NCBI RefSeq assembly: GCF_963921235.1 | Contig: NC_086108.1 | Span: 110,610,001-110,674,000 of the forward strand | Source of the DNA: Mobula hypostoma | Taxonomy: Eukaryota | DNA: 64,000 nt | Direction of reading: 5' to 3' | Part shown: piece by piece, positions 1 through 12,885 of the stretch | Position numbering within the stretch: position 1 is the first letter of the stretch | Layout: every line of letters starts with the position of its first letter | Notes under the pieces: model-generated | The model's input: only the letters and a program-made list of their open reading frames with translations | Told to the model about the DNA's origin: nothing | Database searches by the model: none | Program-made: the position numbers and the translations under genes

Positions 1-449
1 ATTAGGAGGGGGGGAAGGCAGGGGATTGGGGCTGAGAGGAAAATTGGATCAGCCGTGATGAAATGCCAGAGCAAACTCAATGGGCATATGTCCTAATTCT
101 GCTCCTTTATCTTATGGTCTAATACCAGAGGGCACGCACTGAAGATGAGAGGAGGTAATTTCAAAGCACATGTGAGTGGCAGGTCTTTTACACAGAGAGT
201 GGAGGGTGCCTGGAATGCATTACCTGGGATGTTTGTAGAGGCAGATACAGTAGAGACTTTTAAGAAATGTTTGGATAGAGACATAAATGAGGAAAATGGA
301 AGGATAGGTACATTGTGCAGGCAAAGGAGATTAGTTAGTTGGCTATTTAATTACAAATTGAATTGTTTTGACACAACACGGTGGCTGAAGGGCCTGTTTC
401 TGTACCGTGCTGTTCTATGTCCTATGAGCCATGCCTCCTGTGAACAGGC

Positions 450-985
450 GATGGATCAGCCTCTGCATCCAGCACATAATTCTCCGAAACATCCACCATA
501 TCTAATGGGATCCCGCCACCAAGCACATCCTTCCCTCCACCCCACTCCCACTTCCTGCTTTCCACAGGGATCGCACCCTACACAACTCCCTTATCCACTC
601 GCCCCTCCCCACTGATCTCCCTCCTGGCACTTTCCCCCTTCACCATTTCCCATCCCCTTTTCCCTCTCTCACCTTACCTCCTTGTCCACCCATCGCCTCC
701 CTCTAGTGCTCCTCCCCTCTTCTCTTTCGTCCATGGCCTTCTGTCTCTTATATCAATTTCAATCCCAGCTCTTTATTTCATCCCCTCCCCCTCCAGGTTT
801 CACCTATCACCTGGTGTTTCTCTCTCCCCTCGCCCCACCTTTTAAATCTACCTCCTCATCTTTTTTTCTCCAGTCCTGCCGAAGGGTTTCGGCCTGAAAC
901 GTCAAATGAACTCTTTTCCATAGATGCTGCCTGGCCTGTTGAGTTGCTCAGATTTCTGCATCTGCAGATTTTCCCTGGCTTGTGA
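450..985 (+). mobile_element. Penelope-like 3' fragment
   Basis: Same pyrimidine-rich tail and terminal GATGCTGCCTGGCCTG...GAGTT motif as the other copies. Shorter ends also occur at about 6790-6900, 9180-9370, 11105-11410 and 18920-19045. Confidence 0.75.
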
Positions 986-1134
986 TGTTAATCACTCACT
1001 CACTGAGGCCATCCCACACGGACTGGGAATCGCAGCATTGCCCAGGCTACACTGACCGTTTCAGAGGTAGCCCACCGCCAAGCCCAGCTGGATGGACTCT
1101 ATGACCCTGAGCAGATTGGGGAGTAGGAACGTAC

Positions 1135-1213
1135 CATTCTGGGTCTCCTCAACCACGCAGAAACGGGTGGTTTCTCCGCTACGAATGAAGGCATGGGTGT
1201 GCTCCTGTCCATC
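1135..1213 (-). CDS. uox: Urate oxidase exon 4 (DGQEHTHAFIRSGETTRFCVVEETQN-G); later exons lie outside the window
   Basis: 79 bp, ctctag| acceptor and G|gtacgt donor. The H.HAFI...FC.VE motif matches uricase exon 4. Confidence 0.93.
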
Positions 1214-2231
1214 CTAGAGGAAGGAATGAGCCCATGTTAGTTCTGGTCAGCTAGTTACCGAGGGTCGTTAACTATACCCTAATAACTTTAGTGTCCTCCT
1301 GACAATCCAAGTCCAACCTGATGGGGTTGATGGGACGATAAGAAAGACATACGACATAGTTAATTAAGTCCAGAGACAGGATGTTATGTTGCATCTTTAG
1401 AGAGCTTGACCACATCTGGATTATTGGGTTCAGTTCTGGTCAATGCATTATAGGGAGGTTGTGGAGGCTTTGGAGAACATACAGAAGAGGTTTACCTGGA
1501 CGCTGCCTGGATTGGAGGGCATGTGCTATAACAAGAGGTTAGACAAACTTGGATTGTTTAACAAGAGCTGGAATCACAGACTGGGGTTCAATTCCTTCCG
1601 CTGTCTGTAAGGAGTTTGTACGTTCTCCCCATGACCGCATAGTTTCCTCTGAGAGCTCTGGTTTCCTGCCACTCTCCAAAGACATCTGGGTTAGAGTTAG
1701 TCAGCTGAGGGCATGCTAATTTGGTGACAGAAGCATGACAATGCTTTTGGGCTGTGTTGGTTGTTGACACAAATGACGCATCTCACTCTATGTTTCGATG
1801 TTTGGATGTAACCGTGACAATTAAAGCTAATCTTCCCCTTTCTCTGGAGCGGCAGAGCACTTGAATAGGCACACAGGTGGCTATGGACTGACCGCAGGAA
1901 AATGGGACTGTTTGGGTGACAATGTGGTCAGCATTGACCGGTCGGGCCGAAGAGCCTGTACTTGTGCTGTATAGCTCTGTGACTCAATCAGGTTAAGGTA
2001 CATGGTGGACAATTAAAATTAGATATGTACATTAGATAGGAACAGGGGAGCACTGAGGTCAGAGAGCTGAGAGGCTGGAGGACATTACGGAACGAGAGGG
2101 AAGGAAAACCACGGAGGAACATGATAAGGTTTGAGAAGGATCCACAGAACGTAGGCAGGATAGAGGTGAGCAAATAATGAAATTACAAAGTGTCCTCAGC
2201 GCTCCTGAACTGTTGCCCTGAGTCACCTCAC

Positions 2232-2529
2232 GCCTGGTAGTGCAACGCTTTACAGTACCAGCGACCCAGGTTCAATTCCCACCACTGCCTGTAAGGAACT
2301 TGTATGGTCTCTCCATGAAGGCGTGGGGTTCCTCGGGGTGCTCTGGATTTCTGCCACATTCCAGTCATACAGGGCAAGCTTGTGGGCATGTTACACTGGC
2401 GCTGGAAATGTGGCAACGCTTACGGGCTGCTCTCAGCACATCGTCGGACTGTGTTGGTCATAGACGCAAACAAAGCATTTCACTGTATGTTTTGGTGCTT
2501 CGATTACATGTGACAAATAAAGCTAATCT
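2232..2529 (+). mobile_element. tRNA-derived V-domain SINE (HE1-like) abutting uox exon 3
   Basis: B-box GGTTCAATTCC, central V-domain-like core, and GTGACAAATAAAGCTAATCT tail. Relatives lie at about 1583-1835, 8680-8930, 18230-18490, 50995-51300 (-), 54380-54620 (-) and 57060-57190. Confidence 0.8.
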
Positions 2530-2531
2530 AC

Positions 2532-2648
2532 CTTCTGTAGGCGCTTCCAGGGTACCTCCTTGATGTAGACCTGTGCCTGAGAAACCTGGTGGAAGGACGT
2601 CAGGAAATGGGTGCAGATATCCAGCGCAAATTCTTCAATGGTTTGAAT
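2532..2648 (-). CDS. uox: Urate oxidase exon 3 (IQTIEEFALDICTHFLTSFHQVSQAQVYIKEVPWKRLQK)
   Basis: 117 bp, gtcag| acceptor and AAG|gtagat donor. Matches vertebrate uricase exon 3 (IE.FA..IC.HFL...VPWKR). Translated by hand; not in the ORF track. Confidence 0.95.
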
Positions 2649-3769
2649 CTGACAACACAGGATATTTCAATGTACACAGGAGTCTTCCCTCATTTCATTC
2701 CGTTATCCAACATGATGTGTAAATTGGCTTACTATTGTCACTTGTCCAGCGAAAAACTTGTATACTGTTTGTACAGATAATTTATTAATGGCTTTTCATA
2801 TGAGGAGCGTTTGATGGCTCTGGGCCTGTATATAATGAAATTCAGAAGAGTGAGGGTCTGATTGAAACCTATCAAATGGTGTAAAACCTCAAATGAGTGG
2901 ATGTGAGGAGGATGTTTCCTGTGGAGGGAGAGTCTAAGACCAGAGGACACAGCCTCAGAATAGAGGGATGTCCTTTTGGAACGGAGATGAGGAGGAATTT
3001 CTTTAGCAAGAGAGTGGTGAATCTGTGGAATTCTTTGCCACCGGCAGCTGTGGAGGCCAAGTCTTTATGTATATTTAAGGCAGAGATTGATAGATTCTTG
3101 ATTGGTCAGGGATACGGAGAGAAGGCAGGAGATTGGAACTGAGAGGAAAATTGGATCAGACATGATGAAATGGTAGAGTAGACTCGATGGGCCAAATAGC
3201 CTAATTCTGCTCCAATACCTTATGGTCTTTTTTAATCACATCAGCGCGTGAGATGGAACAAGCGGTGCTTTGGAAAATTTGAAGTACTGCAGGTCTACTC
3301 CATCAGCAAGTTGCTCACTGGTGGAGAAAGTGAAGGAGTTGTGCATCATGCTGCAGGCTGAGACGAAGGAGGCCTACAGTCTAATAGTGAGTGATCTTCT
3401 TGTGATCGCAAGACCCCTTTTGGAGATTGTTAATGTGGTATGCCGCAAGTTCCATTCACTGATTGATTGGCTGAGAGCAGGGGCAGATGGTGGGGGAGCC
3501 GCGTGGCCTCAGACATGGCAAGGACTAGGCCTCAAGCCAGAGTGTCGCCTGCATACAGCTGCCGGGAGAGAGGCATTGGAGCTGGTGCACTCCACCAGGG
3601 GCTGAGTGGCACGACGTCCAGGCTGGAGTTAGTGCTTCCTCCAGCCAATGTATTTACTCAGCAGAAGACAAGCTTGGTTGAGGTCCTCTGCAGATTTTGG
3701 CAGCATTGGATGGCTCGAGTTTCGACTCCTTTACTGAGTGGCCATCTGAGTTTCTATCTTATACATGCT

Positions 3770-3845
3770 ATGTGTGCTTTGTTCTGTGTGTGTGTGTTTT
3801 GTGTGTGTGTGTGTGTGTGTGTGTTTTGTGTGTGTGTGTGTGTGT
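3770..3845. repeat. (TG)n microsatellite, interrupted
   Basis: Seen directly in the sequence. Confidence 0.95.
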
Positions 3846-3852
3846 TAGTTAA

Positions 3853-4250
3853 GGATGCCCCCATGTCGGCTACCCCGCAGAGTGTTCTACAGCCAGCGAC
3901 ATCATGGTCGACGCTCAGCTGGAGGGCCGAAGAAATGCCATAAGGATCAGATGAAGAATGCTTTAAGGAAGTGCAAGATCAGACCCGAGGACCTGGAGGG
4001 GGTTGCTGCTGACCGTACCACTTGGCGACAGCTGTGTAGGGACGGGGTTTGTATTCTGGAGATGGAAAGAACAACCAGAAGAGAGCCAGGAGAAATGCAA
4101 CCATGGTTACCACCACTACCACATATACATGTCCCACCTGCAATAGAGCTTGTGGGTCCAGAATAGGACTGTATAGTCATCAAAGATCTCACCGGTAGAG
4201 TGGACATCGTCATCGGATTTCGATGGACAACCCCGAAGAAGAAGAAGAAT
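3853..4250 (+). mobile_element. RTE-clade LINE 3' end
   Basis: RLPRRVFYS...GRRSAGGPKK...A.DR..WR and a (GAA)n tail. Confidence 0.75.
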
Positions 4251-5176
4251 GTGTGTGGGATTGGAAGAGAAGAGAGGGATTGGACAGGGTAGATGCAGGA
4301 AGATTGTTCCCGATGTTGGGGAAGTCCAGAACAAGGGGTCACAGTTTGAGGATAGAGGGGAAGCCTTTTAGGACCGAGATTAGGAAAAACTTCTTCACAC
4401 AGAGAGTGGTGAATCTGTGGAATTCTCTGCCACAGGAAACAGTTGAGGCCAGTTCATTGGCTATGTTTAAGAGGGAGTTAGATATGGCCCTTGTGGCTAC
4501 GGGGGTCAGGGGGTATGGAAGGAAGGCTGGTGCAGGGTTCTGAGTTGGATGATCAGCCATGATCATACTGAATGGCGGTGCAGGCTCGAAGGGCTGAATG
4601 GCCTACTCCTGCACCTATTTTCTATGTTTCTATGTGTGTGTGTGTGTGTGACTGTGACTGTTGGTACTGTGTTTTGCACCTTGACCTCAGAGTAACATTG
4701 TCTCGTTTGGCTGTATTCATGGGCATTCATGTATGGTTGAAGGACAATTAAACTTCAATTGAATAGAATTGAGTCGGAGAGGATACAGAAGAGGTTCTCC
4801 AGGATCAGAGGGTGTGTGCTATAATGAGAGGTGGGACAAACCAGGGTTGTTTTCTTTGGAGTGACGGAGGCTGGGGGGGAGAGCTGATAGAGGCATAGAC
4901 AGAGTAGACAGGGAGTATCTGTTTCAAAGGGTTGAAATGTCAAATACCTGAGGGCTTGCATTTAAAGTGAGAGGGGTAATTTCAAAGGAGATGTGAGGAG
5001 CAAGTTTTTTACACAGAGAGTGGTGGGTGCCTGGAAGGCTGGAGCTAGGAACAGATATATTAGAGACTTTAGAGAGACGTGTAGATAGGCACATGAGTGT
5101 GAAGAAATGGAAGTACGGACATTGTGTAGGCAGAAGAAATTAATGTAGTTAGCCATTCAGTTGCTAATATAACACT

Positions 5177-5351
5177 CACAAGATGCAGGAAGAACTCAGC
5201 AGGCCAGGCAGCATCCATGGAAAAGAGTAAACAATCGACTTTTCAGGCCGAGACCCTTCAGGACTGATGAAGGGTTTTGGCCCGAAAAATCGACTGTTTA
5301 CTCTTTTCCATGGATGCTGCCTGGCCTGCTGAGTTCCTCCAGCATTTTGTG
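5177..5351. repeat. Fold-back of two Penelope termini (84-bp arms, 7-nt loop)
   Basis: 5177-5260 is the reverse complement of 5268-5351, with about 8 mismatches counted by eye. Confidence 0.88.
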
Positions 5352-7119
5352 TCTATTGCGTGGATTTCCAGCATCTGCAGATGTTCTTGTGTTTGGTTAC
5401 TAACGTAGTTGGATCAGCAGAAGATTGTGCTCAGAAGAGCTTGTTCCTGTTCTGTTCTGTTCTACGTTAAGAAGGTAAAGCACTAACAGGATGCAGAATA
5501 GAGTGTTACAGTTACAGAGAGAGTGCACAGCAGGCGGATGTCAGGTGCAAGGACCACAAGGAGGTAGAATGAAAGATCAAGAATTCATCTATATTGCACT
5601 AGAGGTCCATTCAATAGTAATGAAGAAGTCCTTCAGCCTGGTAGCTTCCAAGTCTATGTATCTTCCGCCCAATGGGATGAGTTAGGTATTGTAGACAAAT
5701 TTTCATTTCCTGGGCCTCCTACATCAACCCTAGCATGGTCACCAACGTCACTGGATCATTGAATCATGGGATGGTTGGTACAAAGTTCAAAGTAAAAAGT
5801 AAATTTACTATCAAAGTACATAAATGTCACCACACTGTATTACCGGATTCATTTTAGTGCAGGCAATCACGATAAATACAAAGAAATACGATAGAATCAA
5901 TGAAAAACTACACACAAAACAAATATGGACAAGCAACCAAAGTGCAAGAGAAAACAAATCTTGCAAATACAAAAAGAAAAGCAAAATAATAATAATAGAT
6001 AAGTGAGTAATAAGTAAACTGACAGCATGAGCTGTAGTGTTGGTGACAATGAGTCCACAGGTTGTGGAATCAGTCGGGACCTCAGTGTTGGGATGACTGA
6101 AGTTATCCATGCCTGTTCAGGAGCTGAATGGTTGAAGGGTAATTACTGTTCCTGAACCTGGTAGTGTGGAACCTAAGGGTACTGAACCTCCTTCCTGACG
6201 CCAACAATGAGAAGAGAGCCTGGTCCTTGATGATGGATGCTGATTTCCACCACCCCTCTCCTCAGTGACAACCCTTCTCATAGTCAGAGCTGTAGTGTTC
6301 TACAGGATGGAAGCAGAACCTTTAGCACAGCTCATCTATGCCGATTGTCTTGCCCTATGACCTAGTCTTATCTGGCCACGTTGGCCCACACCCCTTAAAT
6401 CTCTCCTGTCAATGGACTTATCTAGAAGACTTTTAAATGTTGGTAATATGCCTGGTTCAACCACCATTCCAAATACTCATCACCCTTTTGTGTTATGGAG
6501 CTGTCCTAAAGCCCCACTTACATCACTTATCTTTGATCTTAACTCTCTGCCCTCTTCTTTTAGCACTGCCTCCTTGACTATGTGCTTTCACCCTGTCAAT
6601 GCCCCAAATGGTTTTCTATACTTCTATCAGGTTACTCTTTGATCTCCCACATTCCTGGGAGTGAGATCCACGTCTCTACAATCTCTTCTTGTAACTCAGT
6701 CCACACACCATCCTGGTAGATCTTTTCCGCACTTTCCAATATCTTTCCTATAATAGGGTGACCAAATCTATGTATGATACTCCCCTCACTTTCTTGTTCT
6801 GGCTTCTTCTCCCTTCCTTTCCAGTCCTGATGAAGGGTCTCGGCTTGAAACGAGGACCGTTTATTCCTCTTCATAGATGCTGCCTGACCAGTTGAGTTTT
6901 TACTTATTTTGAGATACAAGATGATAACAAGTACTTCTGGCCCAACGAGGCCACCCGGTCATGGGGAGAAGGTACAAACTCCTTCCCGACAGTGGCAGGA
7001 ATTAAATTCGGGTCACCGGTGCTGTAATAGCATTATACTAACCGCTAGGCCACTGTGCAGGAGTTCCTCCAGAATTTTGTGCGTGTGTTCCATGATACTT
7101 CAAGTGCACTGTGGCCCCT

Positions 7120-7656
7120 TGTTAGAGTGAGTTTTTTTGGGTAGATGATTTGTTTACACTTAAATGACTTTGGCCACCAGACTTCTATTTTAACTGTTGG
7201 ACAATGCGCTTCCTAAAAGGGTATGAATACCAGATGCTTCTGGCACCGTAGTTCGACCTAGTGCTGTAGTTTCGAAGACAGTATTATCTATACATTATAG
7301 ATATTAATTGTCTTCTATGTTAGCACGTAAAATGCCAAATAAATGTATTGTGGATTTAACAGGCTGTGGATGCCAACCCAGACATGTTGGCGTCGGAAGG
7401 AAAGGATGAAATCTGAAGGTGTGATGTTTGTATGTAGCTTCAAAAGGAAGCATTGTCTAAGCATTGTCTATAACTTTTTAAGTGGCGATTGCCTTTGTGT
7501 TTAGCATATAAATATCCAGCCCACATTGGGCTAGCAGACCTTTCTGCAGAAAGCGTCTCCGTCCGTACCTGCTGTACCTTGTTGTGTCGAATAAAGAAGC
7601 TGCTTTGTATCTACCAGTGACTCTGTCTCTCCGGTGATTTCATCCACGCTACAACA
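7120..7656 (+). mobile_element. Solo LTR in uox intron 2
   Basis: TGTT...AACA ends and an exact 5-bp TSD CCCCT, interrupting a CR1 fragment. Internal TATA-like motif at about 7507 and AATAAA at about 7590. Confidence 0.8.
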
Positions 7657-7793
7657 CCCCTCACCAATGTCTTGTATAGCTGTAAGATTCCTTCCCAACT
7701 CCAATACTCAATGAGGAAGTACAATATGCAAACAAAGCCTATTACCCTGCTCTGGTGGTGCAACAGGTGACCTGGAAACTGTGTAGCCTCGGT

Positions 7794-8279
7794 TGTAGCA
7801 AGGACTACAAGTCGCAGGCCTGCCTACTGCTGCAGATCAGGTGGGGAAATGCCAGAGGGGGTGTCACAAGCACGGATTCATCAGCGCAGCAGTTTCCACA
7901 ATTGCGCTCATGAATATGCATGCGTCAGCGAATGTGATGGTATTTGACTCCATTCTTTTCGTTGTAGTTTGTTGAGATTTGAACAAAGCACAGGAACATT
8001 TGGCTGCCTAATTGCATTCAGCCTTGCCTGAGAATTTGGACTGTCGAGTCAATTGATTCTGAAGACTAGCGCTATTAATTTTCTATTTAGTTATTCCTTT
8101 CAGCCGCAGTGTTGGCTTTGTTTTCCATTTGAGAGTTTTAGTTATCAGCCCTGTTTGGTTGGCCTAGTGTTTATTGTTTTCTTTTCCCTCTCACTCTGTT
8201 CTCATTAAAGTCTGTGAACTATTGACCTGCTTCATTGTCGCTCGCTCTGCACTTGGGCCCGTATCCGTACGTACTGACA
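7794..8279 (+). mobile_element. Possible second solo LTR
   Basis: TGT...ACA ends and an ATTAAA...GCACTTGGG...TGACA 3' end resembling the element at 26915-27376. No convincing TSD. Confidence 0.35.
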
Positions 8280-9713
8280 GGCGGTGCAGCATGGCGTCCG
8301 TGCTCAGCGGTGGTCTGGCCTCTCCTGTCAGTGCTGCCTTCCTGTGTTCGAGTGGTGGAAGGACAGGCTGGATTGTGTGAGTCTGCACACTGCCGGGAGG
8401 CTGTATCATTAATAGTGGGAAGTGTCGCTGAGGGTCGTGGACTATATATATATAAATAAATATATATATGTGTGTGTGTGTGAGTTTTTGTGAATATGCT
8501 TCTTTGCTCACTTATTTTGAATGTGCTATTTTGTGAGTTTTGCACCCTGGCCTCAGAGGAACACTGTTTCGTTACTCTTCTCCAGAACCCAGTTGTCTAA
8601 CTGAGTTAGTCCTATATCCAAACCTTTCCTAACCATGTACCTTTTAAATGCCATAATTCTGCCCACCTCTCTCACTGAGGACAGCATGATTGTGACGCTT
8701 TACAGCGCCGACTGTAAGATTGGGGTTCGATTCCTGCCACAGTCTGTAAGGGGTTTGTATGTTCTCTCCATGTCTGCGTGGGTTTCCTCCATGTGCTCTG
8801 GTTTCCTCCCACATTCCAAAGACGCACGTTAGGGTTAGGGTTAGTGAGTTGTGGGCATGCTATCTTGGCACTGGAAGCATGGTGACACTTGCAGGCTGCC
8901 CCCAGCACACCCTCGCTGATTTGAGTTGGCCCACAATGTTGTGCCAACTTTTTACCTACTCTAAGATAAATCTAGCCCTTACTGCCTACATCGCGCTCTA
9001 TTTTCCTATCTTCCATGTTCCCATCCAAGAGTTTCTTAAATGACCCTAATGTAGCACCCTCTACCAACAGCACTGGCGTGGTGTTCCACATAACCACCAT
9101 TTTCTGTGTGAAAAAAAAATCTCTGTGCATTGAAAATTTACACTTTTTCAATGAGACAAATAAAGCTAATCTTCCCCTCCGCCCACCTTTTTATTTTGGC
9201 ATCTTCACACTTCATTTCCAGTCCTGACTTGGGGGGGGGGGGTGGTGGTCTCAGACTGAACCATCAACTGTTCATTCATCTCCACAGATGCTACCTGACC
9301 TGCTGAGTTCCTCCAGCATTTTTGTATGTGTTGCACTGGATTTCCAACATCTGCATACTTTCTTGCGTTTATGAAAGCTAATCTTTAAATCTTTTCTCCA
9401 TGGGAAAAGGACTGCGACCTCTCACCTACCATCAGGGGCAAGACTGGCACATCATAGACAAAGTACGTATACCATATACAACCTTCAGATTCATCTTCTT
9501 GCAGGCAGCCACTGAACAAAGAAACACAATGGAATCCATGAAAAACCTCACACAACAAAGACCAATGGACAACCAAAGTGCTAAAAAGGAACAAATCGTG
9601 CAAACAATTAAAAAAATAAGCAGATAAAAGACAGAGCATGAACCATAGAGTCCCCGAAAGTGAGATCACCGGCATGGGGTCAGAGGTCAGGAAGACGCTC
9701 TGGCCGTACTCAC

Positions 9714-9929
9714 CCCTCGGAGCTTCGCCAAGGCATGAACCGTATTTTTTATGGTGTCGGTGGGAATGATGTCCGAATTGTCTCCATGGATATAATCCTT
9801 CCGTGACTTCAGCATCAGCTGGACATTAGCTTCAATCTCTTTGATGTGATAACAGTTTCCCTCTCTCTTGACCCTCAGCACCTTCACCACGTCTTTCCCG
9901 TACCCTGTATGGACAAATTCCACATCTGC
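9714..9929 (-). CDS. uox: Urate oxidase exon 2 ([18 protein letters not shown]...[23 protein letters not shown])
   Basis: 216 bp, ctgcag| acceptor and |gtgagt donor. Contains the uricase motifs GYGKD and [10 protein letters not shown] with the catalytic Lys and Thr. Lies inside ORF 9687..10085. Confidence 0.97.
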
Positions 9930-12044
9930 CTGCAGAGTGAAAGGAAATATAATTGGATTAAAGCAACAGGAACTCCACCACGTTTGTCCCGGCTGTGAAA
10001 GGAGGAGGGTTGGGTATGGGGCTAGCAAACCCATCCCATAAAAACCCAGAGCTCCAGAAACACCAAGAGGCTCCAAAGACCTCATCCCTGAGAGGACACA
10101 CCTAGAAGATGGGCTACACCTGGAGACAATGTGAAAGACTGGCCCAGGACAGCGGACAGATGAGTTGCCATTGGTGGCCTAGGCCTCAGCAGTAGTGATG
10201 GGCTCAAGAAGTAGAAACCAACAAGCCATAATTATTAGAAACACTTGTCTGCTGCAGACAGTATCTGCTGAGAAGGGAAACAAAGTTTACTGGTTGTAAT
10301 CTTTGGATTCATTCGGTTTGAATCCAAGACTCTAAGCTATCATTGTAAGAGCAATTCGGATTCAGATTAGTTTATGGTCATATTTTTAGGGGTGTATGGG
10401 GTATCTAGGGAGGGGTATTACCTCTGGTGAAGGGGCTTGTTGTGTCCATTCTGGGACAGCTCACTCACCTTTGGTCCCCATTTACAAGAGGACTAGAATA
10501 TAAAATCATATGTAGAATTCTAAAGCTTTATATGGTGTTGGTCAGACAGTGCTTGGAATATTGCAAGTCCCATATCAAAGGAGAGGATCCAGAGGATGTT
10601 CACAAGATCCCAGCAATGACAGGGTTAACATTTGAGGTGTGGCTACAGTCTCTGGGCTTGCACGTGATGGAGCTCAGAAGGACAAGGGGGGATCTCAGTA
10701 AAACCTACCGAAAACTGAAAGGCCTGGATAGAGTGGGACATGGAGAGGATGTTTCCATTAGCAGGAGAGGCTATGATCTGAGGGCACAGCCTCAGAATAA
10801 AGGACATCCTTTTAATAACAGATACATACTACACCCGATGAGCACAAAAATAACAGACTGGTACAGAGTGCAGTCAAGTGACCTGAGGCAGGGCAGGAAG
10901 AAATGTTGCAGGAACAATAATGAGAGAGATAGAATTCAGGGTTGGAGAATGTGGCAGCCCCACTGGGAGGGGGATGTGAGAGAGATGAGTGGTTCAGGAG
11001 TCTGACGGCAAGGTGGGCGGCGGGAGAAACTGTTCCTGAGTTTGATCATCTGGGCCCTCAAGTTCCTGTATCTTCTCCCAGAAGGTGGAAGAGAGAAAAG
11101 GGAATGCATCCCTGACCTTTCACCCCTTCTCTTCTCCTCATCTCACCTGCCCAACACTTCCCTAAGATTTCCCTCCTCTTTCCCTTTCTTCCATGGTCCA
11201 CTCTCCTCTCCTATCAGATTTCTTCTTCTTCACCTCTTTACCATTTCCACCTATCACCTCCCAGCTTCTTACTTCCTCCTCCCTCGCCCCCCATCTGGTC
11301 TCACCTATCACCTGCCAGCTTGTACTCCTTCCCCCTCCCCCCTCTCCACTTTCTTGTTCTGGCTTCCTTTCCAGTCCTGATATAATGTCTCGGAGTGAAA
11401 TATGGACTATTTATTAGACTCATGGAGTCATAGAAAAATAGAGCACAGTAACAGGCCTTTCAGCCTATCTAGTCCATGCCTACTCCCATTGACCTGCAGG
11501 TGGGACCATAGCCCCCCATATCCCTGCCATCCATGTACTTACCCAAACTTCTCTTAAATATTGAAAATGGCCCCTTGGTACTATTAAGGATCTCACCGAT
11601 CCATCTGGCCCCCTTTCTACCACCAGGCAGGAAGACTTTGATGCATAAAGACAAGAACGGTTAGGATGGGAAACAGTTTCTTTCCTCAGGTCAGTAGACT
11701 TCTGAACTCCCTGCCGCATCACATTCAAAGTGTCACCAATTAGTCTGTTCTGTACCTGACAATATTTAATTTGGGCACTTTAATTTGTTTAGTTATGTGT
11801 AATTCATCTGTAGATTTCATCCTTACTTTCATAAGTTACTGTGTGTTATGTGTACTACTGTGCTTTACAACCTGGTTTGGAGAAATATCGTTCTGTTTGA
11901 TGATGTACATGTATATAGTTAAATGACAATAAACTTGACTTGGCTTGCACCACCTGTTCCTCTCCGTAGGTGCTGCCTGACCTGTTGAGTTCCTCCACCA
12001 TTTTGTGTTTGAGCCCTGACAAAACTGTTGGCCTTCCTGAAGCG

Positions 12045-12885
12045 GCAATAATAGACTTTATTGATCCCAAAGGAAATTACACGGTAACAGTAGCATTATA
12101 AATGCACAGATATAGATATTAGAAGAGAAGTAGAAAGAATAAAAAATAAGTTACCACCAACAGTCTAACAGGAGGGGTCATCACTTCCCTGGCTACAGTT
12201 TGACTCATTATAGAGCCTAATGGCCGAGGATTAGGATGACCTCATATAACGCTCTTTGGAGCAGCACAGTTGTCTCAGTCTGTTACTGAAAGTGCTCCTC
12301 TGCTCAGCCAAGGTGGTATGCAGAGAAACATTGTCCAGAATTGCCAGGATTTTCCATAGAGTCCTTTGTTCTGTCACAGCCTCCAGTGTGTACAGATTGA
12401 CTCCTACAACAGAGCCAGCTTTTCTAATCAGTTTATTAAGCTTGTTGGCATCACCAGTGTTGATGCCATTGCCCAGCACACCACCGCATATAAGATTGTA
12501 CTGGCGACAACAGACTGGTAGAACATGTGAAGGAGAGGCCTGCATACTCCAAAGGATCTCAGTCTCCTCAGGAAGTAGAGGCGACTCTGGCCCTTCTTGT
12601 ACACAGTCTCTGTGTTGGTGATCCACTCAAGCCTGTCATCCAGGGGCACCCCCAGGTACTTGTAGGTTCTCACCACATCCACGTCCTCACCATCTATAGT
12701 AACAGGGAGCTGTGCAGGCTGAGTCTTCCTAAAGTCCACCACCATCTCCTTTGTCTTACTGATGTTGAGTTGCAGATGATTCAGCTTGCACCATTCGACA
12801 AAGTCCTCAACCAGGGCCCTGTATTCATCCTCCCGTCCTCCCTTTATACACCCAACTATTGCTGAGCCATCAGAGAATTTCTGCA
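12045..12885 (-). mobile_element. Rex1/Babar-type LINE fragment (continues at about 14347-14560)
   Basis: ORFs 12428..12928 and 12231..12626 (LQLNISKTKEMVVDFR, YKYLG). Confidence 0.8.

Noticed and set aside
2282..2360. tRNA gene suggested by the adjacent B-box GGTTCAATTCC
   Set aside because: No cloverleaf. It is the head and core of a SINE, followed by the V-domain-like sequence.
3270..3943. ORFs 3270..3605 and 3467..3943 as a nested gene in uox intron 2
   Set aside because: No recognisable protein family. One ORF runs through a TG microsatellite into an RTE fragment, so degraded repeat is more likely.
9930..10085. N-terminal extension MRSLEPLG... of ORF 9687..10085 as the uricase start
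   Set aside because: It lies upstream of a clear splice acceptor and overlaps repeat-like sequence. A better exon 1 exists at 22216-22248.
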